Source of the DNA: a bacterium
GTDB taxonomy: Bacteria > UBA8248
Reading direction: 5' to 3'
NCBI GenBank assembly: GCA_965203325.1
Contig: OZ241875.1
Location: 2,208,001-2,272,000 of the forward strand
DNA: 64,000 bases
The notes beneath the pieces were generated by a model. The model did not search any database. It was not told the origin of the DNA and saw only the letters and a program-made list of their open reading frames with translations. Both the position numbers and the translations under genes were made by a program. This document shows, in pieces, positions 20,272 to 30,325 of this stretch; the stretch's first letter is position 1, and every line of letters starts with the position of its first letter.

Positions 20272-20949
20272 ATGACGCTATCCGAAGAAACGCTCGCGAA
20301 GCTGAGAGCGATCGACACGCCCACGGTCTCGAACGCCGTGGAATCCTTCGGCGTGCGCCCGAGGACGCTCGGCCACACCGACGCGAGTATCGAGTGCATG
20401 TTCCCCGAGATGGGCGTGGCGCTCGGCTACGCCGTGACGTTCACGACGGGCGAATACGCCCCGGGCGAGGAGCGAACGCACGCATCGCGCATCGCGCTCT
20501 ACGAAGCCGTGGCGGCCGCGCCCAAGCCCTGCGTGCTCGTGCAGCAGGACGTCGGCCCGAAGCCCCGCTCGGCGTGCCTCTGGGGGGAGATCATGTCGAA
20601 CCTCTTCTCGCGCCTGGGTGCCGAGGGCGTGGTGACGGACGGGGTGGTGCGCGATATCGAAGAGATGCGCAAGGCGGGCTTCAAGACCTGGTGCGCGGGC
20701 ACCACGGTCTCGCGCGGCGACGTGCGCGTGGTGGCGGTGAACACGCCGGTATCGGTCGGCGGGATGGCCGTGGTTCCGGGCGACCTCATCCACGCGGACG
20801 GGGGCGGCGCGCTCGTGGTGCCGAAAGAGATCGCGGCGGAAGTCCCCGACGCCGCCGAGCGCGTACTCGCCAAAGAGGCCGATCTCCTCGACGCCATCCG
20901 CGCGGATGACTTCAGCCTGGAGGAGATCGTGAGGCGGTTTTATTCGTGA
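20272..20949 (+). CDS. RraA/HMG-aldolase family protein
   Basis: DTPTVSNA, WGEIM, VTDGVVRD, PGDLIHAD..G. Confidence 0.9.
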   Translation: MTLSEETLAKLRAIDTPTVSNAVESFGVRPRTLGHTDASIECMFPEMGVALGYAVTFTTGEYAPGEERTHASRIALYEAVAAAPKPCVLVQQDVGPKPRSACLWGEIMSNLFSRLGAEGVVTDGVVRDIEEMRKAGFKTWCAGTTVSRGDVRVVAVNTPVSVGGMAVVPGDLIHADGGGALVVPKEIAAEVPDAAERVLAKEADLLDAIRADDFSLEEIVRRFYS

Positions 20950-20990
20950 GGGGGGAGGGGACCACGCGGCATATCCACTAGCAACCCTGT

Positions 20991-21246
20991 GTAGGGATAG
21001 GTCGCGACCTGTCCTCGTGTTTCGGTCACCATTACCCGTAGGGGTCAGACATATATGTCTGGCTGCGTGTTCTCCCGTTTTTTTCTGTCCGCGCCCGGTC
21101 GATCGGGCGGGCACGGAGGCCCGCCCCTACGGGGAACCAAAACAGAAAAGACGCTGGATTTCGGCATGAGCCGGAATGACGGCGTAAAGGAACGACGAGG
21201 GCAGCTTGTTCGGTCTTCCCCTCCTCGGGGAGACCGACACCCCTAC
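20991..21246. repeat. Cluster of REP-like palindromes (GTAG-type and GTCATTCCGG-type)
   Basis: GTAGGGATAGGTCGCGACCTGTCC, GGGCGGGCACGGAGGCCCGCCCCTAC, TGGATTTCGGCATGAGCCGGAATGAC. Confidence 0.8.
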
Positions 21247-21388
21247 AGAAATTCCCTTTCCGGTCGGAACAATCTCCCCTCATCACCCGTCGGCGGTTTT
21301 GACACTCACGCCGCGGGGTGTGGTATGATCCGCCGCGTTCCGGGATAAAGGCGAAGGGCGCGAATCAAACCAAAGGAGGGGTGACGCC

Positions 21389-21742
21389 ATGAAGGTGATG
21401 AACTACAAGGACGCGGAACTGAAAGCGGAGAAGGCGGCCAAGGGCGCGGGCATCCGCTGGCTGCTCAGCGAGCGCGACGGCGAGACCGGAATGGCGATGC
21501 GGGTCATCGAGATAGAGGCGGGCGGGCAGACGCCCGACCATTCCCACTCCTGGGAGCACCAGGTGTTCATGCTGAAGGGCGAGGGCCGGGTGATAGTCGA
21601 GGGCGAGACGCAGGCCATCGCGCCGGGCTCGGCCATATTCGTCGCGCCGGGCGAGAACCACACCTTCCACAACGATTCGGACGAGACGATGGAGTTCGTC
21701 TGCATGATCCCCGTGAGCGCCACCAAGGCGTACGAGCACTAG
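21389..21742 (+). CDS. Cupin domain protein
   Basis: TPDHSHSWEH, G.AIFVAPGENH. Confidence 0.9.
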   Translation: MKVMNYKDAELKAEKAAKGAGIRWLLSERDGETGMAMRVIEIEAGGQTPDHSHSWEHQVFMLKGEGRVIVEGETQAIAPGSAIFVAPGENHTFHNDSDETMEFVCMIPVSATKAYEH

Positions 21743-21757
21743 GGCGCAGAAGCCACC

Positions 21758-21828
21758 TTGAATTTCTGAAAAATTCTGAAAAATCCGATAAAATAAGATA
21801 AATTCACGACGTTTTTCTGAAAATAAAA
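21758..21828 (+). repeat. AT-rich phased A-tract element, copy 1
   Basis: 55/71 identities, ungapped, to the reverse complement of 38667-38737 (hand alignment). Confidence 0.7.
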
Positions 21829-21946
21829 CCGGTGGAAAACCGGGGCGGGCCGGGGGGTTCTCCCCTGCGCGCGATGATGTATATTAGGCGCATCGCCGCC
21901 CGCATGAAACCGGGAAATGCGACGAAACGAGGGGAGATGCGAGGAA

Positions 21947-22666
21947 ATGCCTGAAATTATCGACCTGTCCATGCCCGTCCACATGTGGATGGAGCGCTAC
22001 CCGGGCACGCCGCAGCCCGTCATCCAGATGATAGAGACGACATATGAGTCCGCCGAGCGCATCGGCACCGACAAGATGGGCTTCCCCGAGCTGTTCGCCC
22101 ACAGCGTGTGCATCTTCAGCGAGCATTGCGGCACCCACATCGACGCGCGAAGCCACGGCGGCCGGAACGATTCGTGGTCCGAGGACATCCCGCTTGAGAA
22201 ATGCTACGGGCCGGGCCTTAGGCTCGACATGCGGGGCAAGAAACCGGGCGAGACGATTGAAATCAAAGACCTGGAAGATGCGCTCGCCAGGGAGAACTAC
22301 ACGATCCGGGGCGGGGAGATCGTCTTCCTCTGGACGGGGGCGGCCGCCTACAACGACGAGCCGCGCTACCTGACGGACCACCCCGGCATGGTGGGCGAGA
22401 GCGCGGAGTGGCTCATCGACCAGGGCGTGAGCGTGATGGGCATCGACGCGCCGGGCTTCGACTTGCCCATCAAGGAGATGCTGGAGCGGCGCGACCCCTG
22501 GCCGTGCCACCGCCTCTTCCAGACGCGCGAATACTGGCACATCGAGAACCTCTGCAACCTGGACGCCATCCCCGCTGCGCACGGGTTCACGGCGAGCGTC
22601 CTGCCGCTTCACTGGCGAGGCGCCACGGGGACGCACATCCGCGCCGTCGCCATCGTGAACGAGTAG
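21947..22666 (+). CDS. Cyclase family (kynurenine formamidase-like) protein
   Basis: IIDLS, EHCGTHIDA..H, GID, HIENLCNL. Confidence 0.92.
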   Translation: MPEIIDLSMPVHMWMERYPGTPQPVIQMIETTYESAERIGTDKMGFPELFAHSVCIFSEHCGTHIDARSHGGRNDSWSEDIPLEKCYGPGLRLDMRGKKPGETIEIKDLEDALARENYTIRGGEIVFLWTGAAAYNDEPRYLTDHPGMVGESAEWLIDQGVSVMGIDAPGFDLPIKEMLERRDPWPCHRLFQTREYWHIENLCNLDAIPAAHGFTASVLPLHWRGATGTHIRAVAIVNE

Positions 22667-22672
22667 ACGAAC

Positions 22673-23722
22673 GTGGCTTCGACGGGCCGCAGCGGAGCCG
22701 TCCGGGCGGGAAAACGGGCGATTCGCCTCATCGTCCTCTCGTTCTCGCTCCTCATCGGGGCGTTCCTGACGGCGGGAATCGCCGATGCCGCGAAACCGCC
22801 TAACGCACTGAAATCGAAGGCGAAGCAAAACCGCGAGGCGCGGGTAAAGCTGTATGAGCGCACGCTGAAGACTCATCTCGCATCCGACCCCTATCCCCTG
22901 ATTGATCTTGAAATCTCGCTCGACCGCTGGAAGAGCGCGGCAGGGCTCATCGAGGGCATGAACCGCGCGGGCGTCGCCTTGGGCGCAGTCACCTCGGCGC
23001 GTGAGGAGGACATCAAAAAGGCGGTAGCGCAATACCCCGGCCGCTTTATTCCGCTCACCACCTCGGCTTCCCAGGGTGACTGGATGCGGACCGGTAGCGG
23101 TTATCTTGCCGGCATCAAACGGCAGCTCGAGGGCGGCGCATTCGGGATCGGGAAGATAACCTGGCGGCCTGTTTCCTCCGATAAAGCACGAATGAAACGG
23201 GCCGGAGAGGCTTTAGGGGCGATGATTCGTCTGGCGGTCGGAAAAAAGAGCTTTCTCATGCTTGATATGCCGCCCGATGACGGTGGCCTTGAGCAACTCG
23301 AGCGGCTAATGAGGGCGGCGCCCGAGGCGAGGGTCGTCTGGACGCAAGCCGGCAGGATATTGAATCCGAACGCATTGCCCGGCTACGGGCACGGCCTCCT
23401 GCGGGCGCTGAGCCTGAGGCACGCGGGCCTCCTCTTCACCCTGACCCAGGATCCGCCCACTTCCGATGCAATCATTCCACGGAAAAACCACCTCTATGAC
23501 CCGGGCGGGGCGTTCTCTCGCGAATGGCGGGCTTTGCTCGAAGCGCGGGTGGGGCATTTCACGGCCGGGAACGATTCCTCCCCGGCCAATCCGGGGACCT
23601 ATGCGGGAAGGACACTCTCTTTCCGTGAAAACGTACTTGGAAACATCAGCCCGCCCGCCAGAAAGCTCATCGCCTACCGGAACGCATGGCGGCTTCTGGT
23701 GAACCGCCGCTGGAAACCTTGA
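22673..23722 (+). CDS. Secreted protein, probably a degenerate amidohydrolase-fold protein
   Basis: Signal peptide ending ADA; amidohydrolase-like segments (PLID, YPGRFIP, GIG, IAYRNAWRL) without the His ligands. Confidence 0.6.
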   Translation: MASTGRSGAVRAGKRAIRLIVLSFSLLIGAFLTAGIADAAKPPNALKSKAKQNREARVKLYERTLKTHLASDPYPLIDLEISLDRWKSAAGLIEGMNRAGVALGAVTSAREEDIKKAVAQYPGRFIPLTTSASQGDWMRTGSGYLAGIKRQLEGGAFGIGKITWRPVSSDKARMKRAGEALGAMIRLAVGKKSFLMLDMPPDDGGLEQLERLMRAAPEARVVWTQAGRILNPNALPGYGHGLLRALSLRHAGLLFTLTQDPPTSDAIIPRKNHLYDPGGAFSREWRALLEARVGHFTAGNDSSPANPGTYAGRTLSFRENVLGNISPPARKLIAYRNAWRLLVNRRWKP

Positions 23723-23849
23723 TTCACGAAATTTCCCCGTATCCGTTGCATCAGGCCCTGCGCATGGGGATAATGCCGGTCTTGCGGTCTGGAGTACCCT
23801 GAACAAATGATTTTCCGACAATAGCGTTTACACGCAAGGAGTTCGCCTC

Positions 23850-24998
23850 ATGTACAGCATACGCCACCCGAAACGAACCTGGTTCGGCCTCGGAACCATC
23901 TCGAAAATCAAGGATGAAGCGGCGTTTTTAGGCGCCCGGAACGCACTTTTCTTCACGGACAAGGGCGTTCGGGGCGCAGGCGTAGCGGATATGGCGCTGG
24001 CTCCCCTTGAGGAAGCCGGAGTGCAAGTCACGATTTACGATGAGTGCCCGCCCGAGCCCGCCATCGGCGATCTGGAACAAGCATATAATGAATTCAAAAA
24101 CAGCGCTTTCGACCTCGTCGTCGGGGTCGGGGGCGGCAGTTCGATGGACATGGCGAAATCCATCGGCGTTCTGCTGGGAAACGACGGCGCGCCCAGGGAT
24201 TATCTGGGCATAGAACTCGTGCCGAAACCGGGCCTCTCCACCATTCTGGTGCCCACGACGAGCGGAACGGGCGCCGAAGCCACGCCCAACGCCATCTTCT
24301 CGGTGCCGGAAGAACAGGTGAAACTGGCCATCGTGAGCACGCACGTCATCCCGTTCGCCGCCATCGTGGATCCTAATCTCACGCTTTCCGCACCGCCGAA
24401 AGTCACCTCCGCCGCCGGGGTGGACGCTTTCACTCATTGCCTGGAAACCTACGTGGCCAGAAACGCCACGCCCCTGAGCGAGATGTACAGCCTGGAGGGC
24501 ATGAAATTCATCGCCCGCTCATTGAGGCGCGTATGTGACGACGGAAGCGACATTGAGGCCAGAACCGACATGGCCCTGGGTTCATACTATGGCGGCGTTG
24601 CGCTCGCAGGAGCCGGGGCGGGCGCCATCCATGCACTGGCGTATCCGCTCGGCTCGCGGTTCCACATTCCCCACGGGGTCAGCAACTCACTGATGTTCTC
24701 CCACGTCATGAAGGAAAACCACGCGGCGGCGCCTGAGAAATTCGCCCGCATCGCCCGAATCCTGGGCGAATCCACGGATGACATGTCCACGGCTGAAGCT
24801 GCCGGGCTTTCCGTTGACGCGGTCGAGAAACTTTGCCGCGATTGCGGGGTGCCTACCCGGCTCGGCGAAGTGGATGTCCCCGCACACGCCATCCCGGAGC
24901 TGGCCGAAGCCGCTTTCAAGCTCGAACGTCTTTTAAGCTGTAATCCCAAAGAGCTCTCGCTCGAGGATATCGAGAGAATCTATCGCGCCGCGGCTTGA
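23850..24998 (+). CDS. Iron-containing alcohol dehydrogenase
   Basis: GGGSSMD, PTTSGTGAE, DAFTHCLE, HALAY, HGVSN. Confidence 0.93.
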   Translation: MYSIRHPKRTWFGLGTISKIKDEAAFLGARNALFFTDKGVRGAGVADMALAPLEEAGVQVTIYDECPPEPAIGDLEQAYNEFKNSAFDLVVGVGGGSSMDMAKSIGVLLGNDGAPRDYLGIELVPKPGLSTILVPTTSGTGAEATPNAIFSVPEEQVKLAIVSTHVIPFAAIVDPNLTLSAPPKVTSAAGVDAFTHCLETYVARNATPLSEMYSLEGMKFIARSLRRVCDDGSDIEARTDMALGSYYGGVALAGAGAGAIHALAYPLGSRFHIPHGVSNSLMFSHVMKENHAAAPEKFARIARILGESTDDMSTAEAAGLSVDAVEKLCRDCGVPTRLGEVDVPAHAIPELAEAAFKLERLLSCNPKELSLEDIERIYRAAA

Positions 24999-25786
24999 AG
25001 ATGCCCATGGAATCATTTTCTTCGAAAAAGCTGCGCCCGCTGATGGACATCGCCCCCGGAGACATGGTCTGCGTCATGGGCGCCGGCGGCAAGGCCACGC
25101 TCATGAAGCGGCTCATCCGGGAGATGCTCGATGAACCGTATCCCGTCATTATCACCAGCACGACGAACCTCCACGCCCTGGGCGGCGAAGACGCCCCGCC
25201 GGTGCTGTTGAGCGAGGAGGGACGCGCTGAACTGCAATCCGTCGCTCAGGATTGGTCGGGGCGCGGCGCCGTCGTCTGGGTGGAGAAAAAACTGCCCCAG
25301 AACATGTTTCGCGGCCTCGAGGCAAGTCAAGTGGAAGCGCTGCATGCTTCGGGTTTTCACGGCGTGATGGTCGTGAAAACCGATGGCGCCAGAAAACGGC
25401 TCATCAAGGCCCCGGGGCCGGGTGAGCCGGTCATACCCCAAGGAGCGACTCATTGCGTACTCGTGCTGGGACTCGCCGCAATCGGGCGAAGAGCGGATGA
25501 GCGAATCGTCCATCGCATGGAAAAAGTTCGCGCCGTCGCAGGCTTGGCGGCCGGGGAAGTTATCGGCGCACATCATCTGGCGAGATTAGCGAGTCATCCG
25601 GAGAGCTACCCGAGTCGGTTTCCGGAAGGCGCAAAGCGGATACTCTACCTGAGCCACTGCACTTCCCAAGAAGCCCTTGAGGAAGCTCAAACGATATTCG
25701 AGGCCGTACCCGACGGCATTTACGATTACCTGCTCACGGGAGATTCCGTGGCGGGAAATTTTTATAGCAGGAGAGTACATAAATGA
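24995..25786 (+). CDS. yqeC: Selenium-dependent hydroxylase accessory protein YqeC-like
   Basis: GAGGKAT, TSTT, DGARKRLIKAP...EPVIP, V.GL.AIG, HR motifs typical of YqeC. Confidence 0.8.
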   Translation: MKMPMESFSSKKLRPLMDIAPGDMVCVMGAGGKATLMKRLIREMLDEPYPVIITSTTNLHALGGEDAPPVLLSEEGRAELQSVAQDWSGRGAVVWVEKKLPQNMFRGLEASQVEALHASGFHGVMVVKTDGARKRLIKAPGPGEPVIPQGATHCVLVLGLAAIGRRADERIVHRMEKVRAVAGLAAGEVIGAHHLARLASHPESYPSRFPEGAKRILYLSHCTSQEALEEAQTIFEAVPDGIYDYLLTGDSVAGNFYSRRVHK

Positions 25787-26940
25787 TCGGCGCGGCCGCC
25801 ATCAGAAAAGCGCTTGAAGCCAGACAAGAGGAAATCATCGAACAAATCGCCCACGTGGTGAACATCGATTCCCCGACGTTTCCCAACAAAGGAACGAACG
25901 CCGTCTCCTCCCATTTCGCTGAAAAATATCGCGCCATGGGAGCTGAGGTAGAGATGATCCCCGGCACGCATGAAACGGGGGATCACCTTCTGGCGACGTT
26001 TCACGGCGGGAGAAAAGACGGCCCTCATATATTCATAATCGGCCATTGCGACACCGTTTTTTCGGAAGGCACCGCCGCGCAAAGACCGTTCACCATAAAA
26101 GACGGGATTGCCTGCGGCCCCGGGGTGGCCGACATGAAGGGGTGTCTCGTGGTTTGTCAATTCACGATGGAGGCGCTACTGGCCGAAGGATTCGAGGAAT
26201 TCGGGAAAATCCGTATCTTATACGACACCGATGAAGAGCGCGGGAATCCCTCTTCCAAGGAAGTGATAGAGCGAATCGGCAAAGACGCCGCCGCAGCATT
26301 GATCATCGAGTCCGGCCGTGCAAACGGCTCGATCGTATCTTCGAGAAAAGGGAGCTGCTACGGGAAATTGCTCGTCAGCGGCGTCTCGGCCCATGCAGGG
26401 GTAGAACCTCAAAAAGGCAGAAGCGCCGTGCACGAACTCGCCCACCAAATGGTGGCCATCCAAAACCTGGAACGGGGAGACGGGACCATCAACATCACCG
26501 GTCTTTCGGGTGGGCACAGGCCGCACATCGTGGCGGACGAGGCTTCCTGCCACATCGAAGTGCGCGCAGACCGGCAAGCGACTCTCGATTCCATGACGGA
26601 TGAGCTACATCGCATTATTTCCGAATCGCACATCGACGGGACACGCTCGATATTCCAAAAAATCAGCGGAAGACCCGCCATGGAATTCAACCATGGGACG
26701 GAACAACTCTTGTCTATCGCGGCAGAAATCGCCCTGGATGCGGGCGTCGAATTCAAGCACGGCCCTACTGGTGGGGGCTCTGACGGAAATTACCTCTCCC
26801 CGCTTGGAGTCGCCGTTCTTGATGGACTAGGACCCGTAGGTGGAAATTTGCATACGGACGAGGAATACCTGGAACTCGATTCGCTCGCCCCGAGAGGCGC
26901 GCTGCTCGGGGGCTTGATAGAAAGGCTGTCTGCAAAATGA
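25783..26940 (+). CDS. M20 family peptidase (carboxypeptidase G2-like)
   Basis: GHCDTVF, GPGVADMKG, DEE.G, AHAG, GGGSDGN, DGLGPVG. Confidence 0.9.
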   Translation: MIGAAAIRKALEARQEEIIEQIAHVVNIDSPTFPNKGTNAVSSHFAEKYRAMGAEVEMIPGTHETGDHLLATFHGGRKDGPHIFIIGHCDTVFSEGTAAQRPFTIKDGIACGPGVADMKGCLVVCQFTMEALLAEGFEEFGKIRILYDTDEERGNPSSKEVIERIGKDAAAALIIESGRANGSIVSSRKGSCYGKLLVSGVSAHAGVEPQKGRSAVHELAHQMVAIQNLERGDGTINITGLSGGHRPHIVADEASCHIEVRADRQATLDSMTDELHRIISESHIDGTRSIFQKISGRPAMEFNHGTEQLLSIAAEIALDAGVEFKHGPTGGGSDGNYLSPLGVAVLDGLGPVGGNLHTDEEYLELDSLAPRGALLGGLIERLSAK

Positions 26941-26958
26941 AGCGCTCATGGAGAGTCC

Positions 26959-28203
26959 TCAATCTTCCAAGGGAATTCCAATCTCCGATCTGGGTTTCGG
27001 ATCTGAGACCACATTATCTCGAATCAACTCTTCTATTGTTTCATCACTCCACCCTAGAATTTCGGACAACACTTCGCGTGTATGCTCCCCGTGCAAGGGG
27101 GCCGGCCCTTGCACCTTCCCCGGCTGCTCGGAAAATTTCGGGGGAACACCGGTAGTGTTCACTCTACCCAGAAGCGAATGGTTCGTTTCCACCACCATCT
27201 CTCTGTGGCGAACCTGCTCATCCTCGAGCGCTTCGCCGACATCATAAACCGGGCCGCAGGGAATCCCTTTTTCCTCCAGTAATTTCAGCCATTCATTCCC
27301 GTCCCGTCTGCAGAGATACCGCTCCAATATGGGGATGAGCTGATCGCGATTTTTCGCCCGGTTGGGTATGTCGACGAACCTCGGGTCATTCGTCAGTTCA
27401 GGGGCCTCGATGATGTCACAGAAATAACCCCAGAACCGATCGCTCGTCACACCGATGATGATTTCCTTATCCTTGGCCTTAAGCGCCTGATAGGGGACGA
27501 TTTGAAAATGGGCCGAACCCCACCGCTCGCTCATACTGCCATCCATGAAATAGCAGCCGCTCAGGTTGGTGAGCAGCGACACGCTGCTGTCGAGAAGAGA
27601 CAGATCGATGTATTGCCCCCTGCCCGTCTTCTCCCTGGCGAACAATGCGCTGCTTACGCTGTAAGCCGCCCACATGCCCGCCGTGAGGTCGCTGAGCGGA
27701 ACCCCGGCCTTGCAAGGTCCGCCGTCCGGTTCGCCCGTTGCGCTCATGATGCCGCTCATCGCCTGTCCGACGATGTCAAAACCCGAGCGTTCCCGATACG
27801 GGCCCGTCTGCCCGAAACCGGAGACGGAAACGTATATCAGTCGGGGGTTCAGGGCGGACAACGCCTCATACCCGACGCCCAGGCGCTCCACGACGCCGGG
27901 GCGAAAATTCTCGACAAACACGTCCACCTTTTTTGCAATGGCGCGGGCGACCTCGAGGCCTTCGCTTTTTTTGAGGTCGACCACGATACTCTTCTTTCCG
28001 TGGTTCACACCCAAAAAATAGGCGCTCTCTCCTTTCTTGAACGGAGGTCCCCAGGTGCGGGTTTCATCGCCGTTTCCGGGAGATTCGAGCTTGATGATTT
28101 CCGCGCCCAGATCGGAGAGCATCGTGGTGCAAAAAGGCCCGGCGAGAATTCGGGACAAGTCCAACACGCGAATTCCCTTCAATGGTCCCTGTGCGTTCAT
28201 CAT
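26959..28203 (-). CDS. CaiB/BaiF family III CoA-transferase
   Basis: GIRVLDLSRILAGP, ENFRPG, SGFGQTGPY; start uncertain by a few codons. Confidence 0.93.
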   Translation of the reverse strand: MMNAQGPLKGIRVLDLSRILAGPFCTTMLSDLGAEIIKLESPGNGDETRTWGPPFKKGESAYFLGVNHGKKSIVVDLKKSEGLEVARAIAKKVDVFVENFRPGVVERLGVGYEALSALNPRLIYVSVSGFGQTGPYRERSGFDIVGQAMSGIMSATGEPDGGPCKAGVPLSDLTAGMWAAYSVSSALFAREKTGRGQYIDLSLLDSSVSLLTNLSGCYFMDGSMSERWGSAHFQIVPYQALKAKDKEIIIGVTSDRFWGYFCDIIEAPELTNDPRFVDIPNRAKNRDQLIPILERYLCRRDGNEWLKLLEEKGIPCGPVYDVGEALEDEQVRHREMVVETNHSLLGRVNTTGVPPKFSEQPGKVQGPAPLHGEHTREVLSEILGWSDETIEELIRDNVVSDPKPRSEIGIPLED

Positions 28204-28464
28204 CCCCATCCTGAGTAAAAGCCAAGAAGATTTTTGCGAATGTATAGAATGTGCAAAGGCGCGGGGCTGTCTGTCAAGGAATCTTGATGAAATTCTACGC
28301 GCTCTTCCCGGCATCGGGACAATGGTTAAAACCGTCTTCGCAAGTTCTCCCGGACGTGGCCGACGTGAAGGGCAAACTCCAGGGCCCCGCTCTCGCGGGG
28401 GATCAATTCTCAAAATGTGAGCGCCTGGCTCATGCGATGCGCCATCCAGTCATGACGAAAATTT

Positions 28465-29493
28465 TCAGGCGGAAAAATGCTCCCAGGCAAGATTTTTCAG
28501 CGCGAAAACCCCGTCTGCGCGTTTGAGAGAAATTCCCTGTGAGGCCGGCAGGATTTCTCCGACGGGCGTAAGCGGCGCCGCGCCCCCCCGCCGGAGGACT
28601 TCCTGAAGCGGACGAACGGATTCAGGGGGCGTCGTGACGAGAAGTTCGTAGTCTTCTCCACCGTGCAGCGCCCACTCACTGGGCTTTTTCTCGGCGAGCG
28701 AGGCTGCTTCGAGCAGGGTATTGGAGACGGGCAATGCGGATTCCCGGAGGAGCGCGCCTGCCCCACTCGCCTCGCACAGATGGCGGATATCGCCCGCCAG
28801 ACCATCGCTGATGTCCATCATGGAGGTCGCCAGCCCTGATTCCGCGATAGCTACCCCCTCCGCAACCCGGGGCTGCGGTTCCAGCTGCGCGCGGGTGAGT
28901 GAGGCATACAAGTCTTCCCGGACTCGGACTTGAGACCCGGATAATAAATGAAGTCCCGCTGCGGCATCTCCCAGATACCCCGTCACCAGAATCCGGTCCC
29001 CCGCTCTGGCGCCGCTTCGGCGAAGCACCTTCTCTTCCATCATCTCGCCGACGAGGAACACGTCGACGAACAAAGGACCACTCGTACGCGTCACGTTTCC
29101 CCCCAAAACCAAAATGTCGTACTGCTCCGAGAGCGCGCGAACCCCGCCATACACGTCATCCAGAAACGAAACGGACGTCTCTTCGGGTATGCCCAGCGAG
29201 ATGAGCGCGAAGCGAGGCTTGCCCCCCATGGCCGCCACATCGCTCACGTTCACCGCCAGCGACTTGTAACCCGCGGCGAAACCGGAAACATCCCCCGTAG
29301 ACGGGAAATGCACGCCGCTTACTTGCGCATCGCACGTCACGACCCAGCATTTTCCATCCCCCGCCTTGATGACGGCCGCATCATCCCCGTTGCCGACGAT
29401 GACGTCCGCGCTGTTCCCCACCAAGCCGAGTTTGTTTCTCAGGCGTTCTATGAGGGCGAACTCGCCAATCTCTCTCGCTGTATCGCCATTCAC
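28465..29493 (-). CDS. thiL: Thiamine-monophosphate kinase
   Basis: GEFALI, GDDAAV, NVSDVAAMGG, MDISDGL, GGEDYEL. Confidence 0.95.
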   Translation of the reverse strand: MNGDTAREIGEFALIERLRNKLGLVGNSADVIVGNGDDAAVIKAGDGKCWVVTCDAQVSGVHFPSTGDVSGFAAGYKSLAVNVSDVAAMGGKPRFALISLGIPEETSVSFLDDVYGGVRALSEQYDILVLGGNVTRTSGPLFVDVFLVGEMMEEKVLRRSGARAGDRILVTGYLGDAAAGLHLLSGSQVRVREDLYASLTRAQLEPQPRVAEGVAIAESGLATSMMDISDGLAGDIRHLCEASGAGALLRESALPVSNTLLEAASLAEKKPSEWALHGGEDYELLVTTPPESVRPLQEVLRRGGAAPLTPVGEILPASQGISLKRADGVFALKNLAWEHFSA

Positions 29494-30134
29494 CCTTTCG
29501 CCCTCTCGATGCGATTGCGCAACTCCCTGGTCGCAACTCCCGGGTCGGACGCTCCCATCACAGCGCCGATAACGGCGACGCCGGAGGCGCCGGCTTCGAT
29601 GACGGGCTCCACGTTCTCGATACCGATTCCCCCGATGGCGACGGCGGGCAAGCCGGGGGCGTGTTCGATAATCCGCCGGAATCCTTCCGGCCCGATCGGC
29701 GTTCTCGCATCAGCCTTACTCCCCGTCGCATATACAGGGCCTACGCCGATATAATCCGCATCCTCGGCGGCGGCCCGCGACGCCCATTCGGATTTTCCGG
29801 CTGTAACGCCATAAAACAACGTATCTCCCGCCATCGCCCTGGCCCTCGAAATCGGAAAATCCTCCTGCCCCAGATGCACCCCGTTCGCGCCACAGGCCAT
29901 GGCGACATCCACCCGATCATTCACCGTAAAAGCGCAGCCGGTTCCTTCCAGAACCTCTCGCATTTCATCCGCCAGGCGAATCATCTCCACGCCGCTCAAG
30001 TTTTTCTCTCTAAGCTGGATCATACCGGCCCCGTTCGTCGCGGCTGCCCGAACCGCGTCCCTCAATTTCCACCCGGAAACCTGGGACAATATCTCCCGGT
30101 CGGTGATGACTGTCAGCGACAGGTCGAATTTCAT
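29490..30134 (-). CDS. thiE: Thiamine-phosphate synthase
   Basis: IQLREK, VNDRVD, GVHLGQED, T.SK, AIGGI. Confidence 0.95.
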   Translation of the reverse strand: MKFDLSLTVITDREILSQVSGWKLRDAVRAAATNGAGMIQLREKNLSGVEMIRLADEMREVLEGTGCAFTVNDRVDVAMACGANGVHLGQEDFPISRARAMAGDTLFYGVTAGKSEWASRAAAEDADYIGVGPVYATGSKADARTPIGPEGFRRIIEHAPGLPAVAIGGIGIENVEPVIEAGASGVAVIGAVMGASDPGVATRELRNRIERAKG

Positions 30135-30325
30135 GGGTCCCCCGATCAATCAAGAGCGAAACTACGATATTGATAATGAAACACTAGCATCATTAGAGGC
30201 AACGGCAATCCATGTCGGGGAATGTGTTCATCGATACGAGAAAACTTCCAAAGTTATGGAGCGTCTCTCTTGCGTAATTCTCCTGTGCTTGAGAACCTCT
30301 TCCCCCATCATCAGAGGAGGACGCC

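Noticed and set aside
30135..30325. TPP riboswitch upstream of thiE-thiL
   Set aside because: No CUGAGA-containing TPP aptamer core on the minus strand.
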